The translations under genes and the position numbers were made by a program. A stretch of 20,081 nucleotides of DNA from Piromyces finnis finn (lineage: Eukaryota; Fungi; Neocallimastigomycota), in NCBI GenBank assembly GCA_002104945.1, contig MCFH01000184.1, positions 1-20,081 on the forward strand. Direction: 5' to 3'. Each line of letters opens with the position of its first letter. The first letter of the stretch is position 1. The notes below the pieces were generated by a model. It did no database searches. It was not told the DNA's origin and saw only the letters and a list, made by a program, of their open reading frames with translations. Below, piece after piece: positions 10,601 to 20,081 of this stretch.

Positions 10601-12278
10601 TTTTATTATTACCTTTTCAAAAAAAATCTTCATTCGTATATCATAATAATTATTAATAATTTAATATTTTCAAAATATAGACAACCTCAAGTTCTTCAAA
10701 GCAAGGTAATTATAGTTATTATATAAAGTAAAGAAAGAAAGAAAAAGAAAAGAAAAAGAAAAAATATAATACTAATTATTATAATTTTAATGAAAAAAAA
10801 ATATATATAATATTTATTTTAATTAAAACAGTCTACATTCCAAAGGTATTATTAGAAATTCCAAAAATTATTAAAAAAAAGTAAATAATATTAAATCTAT
10901 ATCATAAAATCTAAATAATTAAATTATTAAAGGATGGATATACAATTTTCAAAGTTGGTGACGCAGTAAAAATTATTAGTAAAATCATTGAATTTAATGA
11001 TAAAATTAAATTGAGGTAATTATTATTAATATTATTATTGTTGTTGATGTAGCAATTATAGTTAATTTATTACTAATATTAATATTAATAATTTTTATCG
11101 GTAAAGATTCCAGAAAAGAGTTTAAATGATGATGATATTAATACTTTATCAGAATTAAATACAATGTTTGAAAATCCATCAGTCGAATCTTTCAAAAAAG
11201 TATTTAATCAAAAACATATAAATACTATTAAAAAAATATGTATTGAATGGCCAGTCAATTATAGATTCCCATGTAAATACTTAATATTTTCAAATTTTGA
11301 TATTAAAAATAATGAACTCAATAATGAATTATTAACCTAATATATATATATATTTAAAATTATAGGTATTGATTTATTAAGAATGTGTTCTATATACACA
11401 GCACAACCAATACAAGATAATAACAAAGAATTTATTATTGAATTATTAAAAAGTAATTTCTCTGTATCATCAAAAGACATTTCTAATGAAAGTAATAAAT
11501 TCAGTGTTAATTGTAGAATGTTTATTTTGAGATTTATTTCAAATTTATTTGCTTCAAAGATAGGAAGAGATTTATTAATGAAAATATAAATCTTGTATGC
11601 ATTTTAAATATATATATATATATACAGTGTTATTATATAAAAAAGCAAAATCATATATTAATTACAATTATGAAAAATATTAAATACAGATTATTGATTG
11701 CATTGAAAAAACAGCCAATGATAATTCAAACAAGTTCTTTAAATTTGCATTAATTACTACTATATTAAAGTATATATTAAGTTCAATATTTAATAATTAA
11801 ATAAATTAGTATATTTTTAAATTTTAATTGGTATTTTTTTATAGTTTTACTGTATTAATAAAAGGTACAGATGATTACGAACATGCCTTCCAACTTTTAG
11901 AGCTACTTAATAATGTAAATATTAATAAAATATATACATTACAAATATTATTGAATTAATATTGATATTAAAATTATTATTAGGCAATGGAAAATGAAAC
12001 ATTTAGCGATAATCAATTCCGTATTGGTATTGCTGTTGGTAATTTAGTAAGTAAACACTGCATATATATATATATATATTAAAAAAAAATAAATAAATAA
12101 AAATAAGTAGTATTAATCCTTTAAATATTATAAATTATACAAATAGCTTCATTATTATCCAAGTATGAAAGAAGCTGCTAGTCTTTTAAATAATGTTTCT
12201 AGTATTATTTCATTATATAAGCAATCAGCCGATGAAAAAGTTAAAGATGTAGCAATGGAATTAAAACAACTTCTTTAG
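7647..12278 (+). CDS. DOA1: Doa1/Ufd3/PLAA homolog (WD40 + PFU + PUL domains), ~24 exons
   Basis: The start reads MESYKLSA(Q)LMGHNLD|VRGIDY...[11 protein letters not shown] repeats include GHDNTVSSI...[25 protein letters not shown] and [10 protein letters not shown]. The PFU region reads [15 protein letters not shown]...LPYNAT|[28 protein letters not shown]. The PUL region includes WPVNYRFP|CIDLLR and ends [11 protein letters not shown] (TAG 12276-12278). Single-base losses occur at ~7670, ~8597, ~9040 and ~11585. Confidence 0.95.
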
Positions 12279-12285
12279 ATTTTGA

Positions 12286-12286
<1 letters not shown>

Positions 12287-12325
<39 letters not shown>
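12287..12325 (+). repeat. Genomic poly(A) tract (~39 nt) 8 nt after the DOA1 stop codon
   Basis: Directly visible homopolymer. Confidence 0.85.
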
Positions 12326-12326
<1 letters not shown>

Positions 12327-12557
12327 ATAAATTGTTGTATTTAAAAACATATTATTTCAAAAGCAAATATTATAATTATTATATTATATTTTCTTTAAAA
12401 GTAAAAACATAAATAAAAAACTATATTAATATTAATATATTTACTGCTTAATTTATGTATAAATAGCAAAAGCACAAGATACTTTATTTATTTATTATTA
12501 TAAATATAAATATAATTTATTTATAAAAATATATTATATTATGAAAAGAATTAAAGG

Positions 12558-14681
12558 TTATTTCAAAGAATTATTTTTCCCCTATTTTGTATACATATTT
12601 TATAAAGTTTTTATAATATATATATCTTATTATCATATAATTGATATTTAATTTACAAGAAAATAATAATAGTACAGCAATTACGATAATCAAAATTAAT
12701 AATATTAATATAATTAATTTCTTATATATGAAATATGAAATTAAAAAAAAATAATGTTAGTTATTTAATTAAAAATAATAATAATAATAATAAGTATTTA
12801 CTATTAACAATTTACCTTTCTAGCTTTTTTCTATTTTAATTTTTTAATACAATAGAAAAGATTTTATATATAAAAGTGTTTTATAATTAGATTTAAAAAC
12901 ATTAAACAATATTTAAAAAAAAAAAAAAAAAAAAAAAAACATTATTTATAATATAATAATTTTTAAATTACCTGATATACCACAGCTTCTTTCAATTCTT
13001 CGACACCTTTTTCAGTATTTTCATTAGCAGCAACAACTTGATATTCAATTTGATTAATAATTTCACCTTGATTTTTAACTAGAACTTGCATATCAATGAA
13101 TAATTGTTGCAATTCCTTTTTTTTTTTTTTATTTATTTATATTAATATTATTTATTTGTTTAATTTAATATATTATTATATATTAAATTTATTAGATATT
13201 TTAATTTTTGAATAAAATTGAAAATAAATTATGGATATTATATTACATACTAGAACTGTTTGTTCAATTTTAACAATTTCTTGATGTCTTTCTTGAACTT
13301 CCTGGAGAGCTGCTTTTGCTTCAGTTGATTTAGAACTTTTTTCTATTAACTATTTTTTTTTTTTAATTTAATCAAATAATTATTATTTATTACAATCTAC
13401 TTTATAAATATTCAACAAATCTCATATTTCATATTATTTATTTACCTCTTGCGCAAAAACTTGACCTAATTCTCCACTTTCTAGTAATCTTGCAATTTCG
13501 TTTTCAGTAGTATTTGGATTTACTTTTTTATAATTTTACAATAATAATATATTTAAAATTAGTAATTTTAAATCAATTGTATATTTAAAACAAATTTTTG
13601 AAATTTTTGTGAATCTAATATAATAAAACTATATAATATTCACCAACTAAATATTGCTTTTCCATTCTTTCTTTATATTTCCTTTGATATTTAGTTTGTA
13701 TATCACGATATTTGTTCATTGTATCCATAAATGATTTAGTTAAGGTTACTTGCTAAATATAATATATTTAAAGACACAATTTATTATCAAAGATATTCAT
13801 ATTTTATATTTTTTAATTAATTATTAATACTTTCATACTTGTGTTTGTCTTATTCTTAAATCACTTGGTTGTAATTTACTTGAAAGTTTTCTATTTTCCT
13901 TATCCATAGATAAAAGTTGAAGTTGTATATCTTTAGACTGCTTTGCAATAGTATCCATTTCATTATTGAGTTGAACAGATATTTCTTTAAAATTTGATAT
14001 TTCAATATATTTATATATAAAATCATTTATTTTAGATTTTTTATTTTATTTACTCAGTAATGATAAGATAAATTTTAATTTGTATATACGTTTTGATTGT
14101 GCATCATTAATTGTCTCTAAGGAACTATTATATAATTGTTCTAAATTTTCAACATTTTGTTTAATTACTGCTATGATGTTTTCATAACTTCTATCTTTTA
14201 TATTAAAAAAATTAGTTTTTATTATACACTATATTAACTTTTATATTTATTAAATTTACTTTTGATAGAAAGTCTGTCATTTCTGCTGAGTTTTTGTTGT
14301 TGGAACTTAGGGCGCATTGATCTTCAGCAACTGAGCTACCCTTTCATTTTAATATAGAATTAATTAAATCATATTAATAAAAAAGATATTGTAGTTATAT
14401 ATATATATATTAATAAAAAGATATTGTGGTTATATATATATATATTAATAAAAAAGATATTGTGGTTATATATATATATATTAATAAAAAAGATATTGTA
14501 GTTATATATATATATTAATAAAAAGATATTGTAGTTATATATATATATATTAATAAAAAGATATTGTAGTTATATATATATACATTAATAAAAAAGATAT
14601 TGTAGTTATATATATATATTAATAAAAAGATATTATAGTTATATATGTATATACCTTAAACTCTTGCATTCTATCCCTCAT
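12558..14681 (-). CDS. Plasma-membrane-type syntaxin (Qa-SNARE, Sso1/STX1-like), ~10-11 exons. The 3' end is uncertain (12558-12615).
   Basis: It begins MRDRMQEFK|GSSVAEDQ... The Habc region reads ...SDLRIRQTQ|QVTLTKSFMDTMNKYRDIQTKYQRKYKERMEKQYLV|VNPNTTENEI. The SNARE motif reads EAKAALQEVQERHQEIVKIEQTVL|ELQQLFIDMQVLVKNQGEIINQIEYQV...TEKGVEELKEAVVYQ|KKARK. A TM segment KLIILILLILIIVIAVLLLF follows at ~12720-12660. One indel lies near 14183. Confidence 0.92.
14375..14653. repeat. Minisatellite of ~8 copies of a ~35-nt unit TAATAAAAA(A)GATATTGT(A/G)GTT(AT)n, filling syntaxin intron 1
   Basis: Units start near 14375, 14411, 14446, 14482, 14516, 14551, 14586 and 14620. Confidence 0.95.
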
Positions 14682-15790
14682 TTTTATTATGTTGTTTATT
14701 ATATTAAATTAAAATATTTAATATTCAAAATCTATTGTGAAGAATAGATGAAATATGTTAAATTAATATCAAGTATTAAAAAAGAAAGCTATTTTCTTTT
14801 CAACACTTTCTATTATTGACCTTTTAATATGTAATTATTTATATATACTATACTACTTTTATTATTAATTTTAATTAAATAAAAAAAGAAAAAGAAAAAT
14901 ATTTTTTTTTTAATGTTAATTTTATTCCCAAAACTTTAATTTATATAAAATATTTTTTAAAAAATTGGGTCTGTTTATTTAACATTTATTTTATTTATAT
15001 TAATTTTTCCAACATTTTTGGATAAAGTCAAAAAAAAAAAAAAGAGAAAAAAAATTAAAAATATATATTTTTAAATAATATTTCATTATTAATTATAATT
15101 AAAAGCTATATTAAAACGATTTTAATTATAAATTATTTAATAAAGGTATTGATTTATTATTTTTTGTACTTTTTTTTTTTAAATTTTAAATACTAATGCT
15201 CTATTAAATTTATATATTTTGATTTTGTAAAATATTCTCGTTTTTAACTTATAATTATTCATATATATTTTTTGAATGAATGATTTAAAATATTTGATTG
15301 GCTAATTTTATGTTTATATAATTAAATTTATGTGATAATTTATAATATTAATTATTTTTTTTTTATTAAAATACTAAAAAAAAAAAGCTTTTGAGAAGTT
15401 AGGATAATCAAAACTTTTTTTTAATTGAATAAATACTTAAATATAATAAATTATATTAAATATTTATAAAAGAAAGGTATATTTAATTTGATGATTTAAA
15501 AAGTTGAATCATATATAAATAAGTTGCATATATTTAATAAATAAAGATAATTATAATTATTATTATTATTATTATTACTATAATAATAATATATAAATGA
15601 TCTATTCATTTCTTTAATTTTTTACATTTTTTTAAATTTTTAAAGAATACTAACATTAATATTTATATATATATATATATATTTTATATAATTAATAATA
15701 TAAATACATATACTTTTATTAAAATATTAACATCAAATAATAAAATTATAATCACATAATTTCAAATTTGAATTAAATTAAAAAGAAAAA

Positions 15791-17854
15791 ATGAATGTAC
15801 AAAAAGATTTGAGGTATATGAAATATTACATTTTAAATTTCAAAATTCGATTAATACTTATACAGGATATTAAAATAGATATTAAAATCTTTCTAATACA
15901 CAATAATATTTATAAAAAGAATTACTAAATAACTAATATAATGTGTAATTAATATTATATATATTGGAAGTAAATGCAATATACAAAATATAAATATAAT
16001 AGATTATAAAAGACAATAATTATTTAAAATTTACTATTATTTTCTAAATTTTAATACAATTTTTTTAAAAAAAGAAATAAAAGACAATATTTCAAAATGA
16101 TATATATTAGCAAAAGTTATCCAATAATTCAATATATATAATAAATTATTAACTTATAATTTTACTTTTTGTTAAATTTAAACAATCTTGATTATAAAAT
16201 TTAGGTTTCACAACCACCTACTGATACAGTTTCAGACATTTCTTTAGTCCAGTAGCTGATTTTATGGCTATTAGTTCATGGGATAATAAGTATTATATTC
16301 AAACAATTAATTCTATCAATATAAATGTTTTTTTATTTATTAATTCATAAATCTATTATTGTTATTGAATTTTAGACAAGAATTTATGAAGTTCAACAAA
16401 ATGGACAAACTGTTCCAAAAGCAATGATTACACATGAAGGTCCAGCATTATTGTGTTCTTGGAGTAAGGTAACATTATATCGTGAAATTAATTTAGTTTC
16501 TCAAAATCTGAAAATGTTTAATATTTCCATGAAATAAACATAAATTAACATAAAACAAAATTATATTATAAAAAGGATGGTTCAAAATGTTTTTCTGGTG
16601 GTGTAGATAAAATTGGTAAAGTAATTGATGTTGCATTGGACAAACAATTCAAGTTGCTTCTCATGATATGAGCCAATTAAATGTGCAAAATTCGTTGATG
16701 GTACTGGTGGTATGCAGAATATTGTTGCTACTGGTAGTTGGGATAAAACCTTAAAAGTATGAATTATTGAATAATTAATAAATTAAATTTATAGATATTA
16801 TTACTATACAAAATGTTAAACAAAGTTAATAAATAAATACTATTGGTTTTAAATGAAAAAAAATAAATAAATTGAAAATAAAATATAAAATTAAAAAAGT
16901 ATTGGGATTTAAGATCACAAAAGCCTGTCCATACTTTAAATTTGCCAGAACGTTGTTATACTATGGATGTATTATTCCCATTAATGGTTGTTGGTACTGC
17001 TGAAAAACATATTCATGTATACAATCTTCAAAACCCATCTGTTCCATTTAAAGTAAGTAATATATTAATATTGAATAATTTTATGTAATAGTTATTATAT
17101 TATATTAATTGATTTTCTTAATTTAATTGCTCCATCAATGAAATAATATAAAATTATACATATGATATGTACAAATAAATAAAATAATGATAAAAAGCAA
17201 TTACAATCACCATTAAAATGGCAAACTAGAGTTGTTTCATGTTTCTCACAAGGTAATGGTTTTGCTGTTGGTTTCAATTGAAGGTCGTGTTGGTATTCAA
17301 TATATTGAAGATAAAGATCAATCGTATGTATTATTATTTATTATTGTTGTAATTATTTTGAATATTGTAAAGATATACAAAAATTTACATTAATTAATAA
17401 ATATTTAATTTAAATTATGATTATGTTGTTTTAGAATGAACTTTTCTTTCAAGTGTCATAGAGAAAACTCAAATGGTTTATGCTATCAATGCTATATCAT
17501 TCCATCCAATTTATGGAACATTTTCTACTGCTGGTTCGGATGGTTCATTCAACTTCTGGGATAAAGATAGTAAACAAAGACTAAAGCAATTCCCTAATTT
17601 CAATATACCAATTACTGCTACTTCATTTAACAAAAATGGTTCTATTTTTGCTTATGCTCTTGGTTATGACTGGTCAAAGGTAATTAAGAATAAATATAAA
17701 TAATTTTTTATATTCATAATTCAATAATAATATTCCTAATTTTAATACATTATATATATAGGGTCACGAACATAATAATCAAAATATGAAGACTCAAGTA
17801 TTCTTACATGCAACAAAAGATGAAGATGTTAAGCCAAAAAATAAGAAAAGATAA
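15791..17854 (+). CDS. RAE1: mRNA export factor Rae1/Gle2 (WD40), ~8 exons
   Basis: Reads MNVQKD(F)E|[13 protein letters not shown](F)[14 protein letters not shown]|[17 protein letters not shown]...[10 protein letters not shown]|[23 protein letters not shown]...|[16 protein letters not shown]...[11 protein letters not shown]...|[10 protein letters not shown]...[36 protein letters not shown]...[11 protein letters not shown]|GHEH...VKPKNKKR*. Several indels are present. Confidence 0.95.
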
Positions 17855-18732
17855 ATTTATCATATTTTATTTTCAAGAATTATTTATTATTTCTTTTTAT
17901 ATAAACCCGTTAATCAAACATAGTTTCATCTTAGTATATAAGTAAAAAAAATAAATGGTTACAAAGAAAAAAAGAAAAATTCTTGCCATAAAATTTTTTA
18001 AATTTAAAGTTTTTATCCACTATTTATATTATAATAATAGATTATTTTATTAAACAAATTTATTTATAACAAAATATATATATTAACAAACATTAATAAT
18101 ATTTTTTTTTTTTTTCTTTAATATAAAATTATTTAATTAATCAAATATTAATAAGAATTTTATTTATAGATCATATTTAAATAAAAATATACAAATCAAA
18201 GACATTAATTTTTGGTTTTATTTATAATATATATATTTTAATTGGTGTAGATACATAAAATAGTAATAGTAATTTTTACTTTCTCCTTCATCAAGTATGT
18301 TAAATTCATAAAATATTACAAACTATTAAGTAAATATTTAAAATAGATATTATAAAATATGAAAGTTTTGATAAAAACAAAAATGTTTTATTGTTATTAT
18401 TATTTAACGGTTAACAATTAAATATTTTAATAATAATAATAATAATAGTAGTAGTAGTAGTAGTAATAGTAAAATAATATAGTTTGTTTTCATACTTTAA
18501 ATATTTAATAACATAATTTTTAATAAATCTATATAAAGATAGATATTATTTGATATTACTTTATAATTGAAATAAAATTATACATTTTTAAATGATTTGA
18601 ATTTTATACCTAATTTCCTAATTTCAAATTAAAATATAAAATTTAACATTTATAAACTAATAATATATAAATGATACTATCATTAATCTTATATCCAATG
18701 ACTATAAGTAGTTTAAAATTTACTAGTACCCT

Positions 18733-20081
18733 TCATTCAGAGTTCATCATCTATTAAAAAGTAATATAAAAACATTTATTAATGAAAATATTTTAAGAAC
18801 TTTTTATCTATTATTGATTACCTCTGTTTTAAATTTCTTTTTTTACAATATCATCATCATCTTCTTCTTCTTCTTCCTCTTCTTCAGTTTGTTCATTGTC
18901 TATTTCATTAACTTGAATTCTAAAATCTCTAATATACTTCTTTTGACTACAGACAAAAAGTTAACCTTTATTATTATAAATTTATAAAAAATTAATTGGA
19001 AATACCATACATTTATACAAAATTTGACTTTTATAATTACTAATAAATTAATATTTACTCCTGTTTTTTTGGTTAATTGGATTAAATATCTAAGAATAAA
19101 ATTATGAAATAAAAATAAAAATATTTATTATATATACTAATTGTCTATATTTTTCAATTAATTATTACCTTTCATATATTTCAACCATATAAATTAAATT
19201 TGGAATCATTTTTGATTCACGAACAATTTTTGTCTAAAAATATTTATTATATTTATTAATATATAATTTTAATTTAGAAAAAAAAATTGTTAGCTTTACT
19301 TGTATTGTTCATATACCTTTTGTTTATAGTTTCCACCTCTTTTATGCTTTTTGTTTGCTTCATTTAATGCTGCTATTTCAATATCTAATTTTTGTAAATA
19401 GAATATAAATTCATATAAATCTTGTGTTAATGATGAAGATACCATATTCATCATTTCAACATATTCTGGATCAATTAATTTGTAATCCTTCAATTTCTAT
19501 TTTATTATTAATTTGTTTTATAGAAGAGATATTAATATATTAAAAATTAAATTACTTTATTTTAGATATATAACTTAATAATTAACTATAATATACATAC
19601 CAATCTTAAAAATGAAGACAAGACTTTTAAGTCTTTGATAATAATTTTATACAATTTTCAGCTATGGTTCCTTTAAGTTGGGCCTGCTCTATTGTATTTA
19701 ATGTTACTATAACATATTTCATTTTTTTATAAAGTTTTTGTTCAAAATTTTTCAATTGATCCTTATTTGAATTGTTTTTATCTGTAAATTAAAATAAGAA
19801 TTTTTTAATAACTTTCATATAAAAAATATATTTGTTTTTTTTTCCAAAAAAATACATTAATATAATATTATTATTACATTTTCTTCTAGTCAAAAAAGTT
19901 TTGATTTGTTCAATGCTCCATTCAACTTCATCCAATAATTCATTTAAATTGTAATATAGTGTCATTAAAATAGATGAATACCTATTTTATTATAATATAA
20001 AATTGTTAATTTAAATTTGTATAATATTTAATGAAAATATTATTTTTATATTTACGTTTCTATAATAATCTTCTAATCAAA
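18733..20081 (-). CDS. FANCI: FANCI (Fanconi anemia group I) homolog, C-terminal exons. The 5' part lies beyond the window and the stop position is uncertain (~18733-18830).
   Basis: Exons read LNELLDEVEWSIEQIK, FEQKLYKKMKYVIVTLNTIEQAQLKGTIAENCIKLL, KLIDPEYVEMMNMVSSSLTQDLYEFIFYLQ, TKIVRESKMIPNLIYMVEIYE|RYLIQLTKKTGVN and ..RDFRIQVNE followed by an acidic tail. These are comparable to the human FANCI C-terminus as recalled ([34 protein letters not shown]...SRDFKI). Confidence 0.85.

Noticed and set aside
12287-12325. Poly(A) right after the DOA1 stop as a sign of retroposition
   Set aside because: The gene retains more than 20 introns, and long A/T tracts occur throughout the window (e.g. ~12917-12939).
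14375-14653. Regular ~35-nt repeats resembling a CRISPR array
   Set aside because: The units are head-to-tail with no unique spacers, lie inside a spliceosomal intron and have no cas genes nearby.
17095-17277. 60-aa minus-strand ORF
   Set aside because: It is antisense to a RAE1 exon and intron and has no independent coding signal.
5354-20081. Frameshifts in UBC13, DOA1, syntaxin, RAE1 and FANCI suggesting mass pseudogenisation or programmed frameshifting/RNA editing
   Set aside because: The indels are 1-2 nt and mostly in homopolymers. They hit conserved housekeeping genes whose sequence is otherwise intact, and the same error type separates the palindrome arms. This fits long-read consensus error.

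Overview
Extremely AT-rich, intron-dense eukaryotic DNA. Composition, short AT-rich introns and gene content suggest an early-diverging fungus such as an anaerobic gut fungus (Neocallimastigomycota); this is an inference. By manual splicing I can read six genes. (1) A cyclin Y-like gene occurs twice as a ~2.1 kb-armed palindrome at 1-4457 and is cut off inside the cyclin box. (2) UBC13 (-). (3) DOA1/UFD3/PLAA (+). (4) A plasma-membrane-type syntaxin (Sso1/STX1-like, -). (5) RAE1/GLE2 (+). (6) The 3' part of FANCI (-). Nearly every gene carries 1-2 nt indels, mostly in homopolymers, which points to unpolished long-read errors, so coordinates are approximate. The palindrome is the largest structural oddity and is most likely a fold-back chimera. 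Smaller points of interest are two RFX X-box-like motifs, a duplicated exon pair plus a micro-exon chain in DOA1, frequent AAG splice acceptors, and an intronic minisatellite that overlaps a splice donor. I found no convincing novel multi-gene system, mobile element, RNA gene or CRISPR array.
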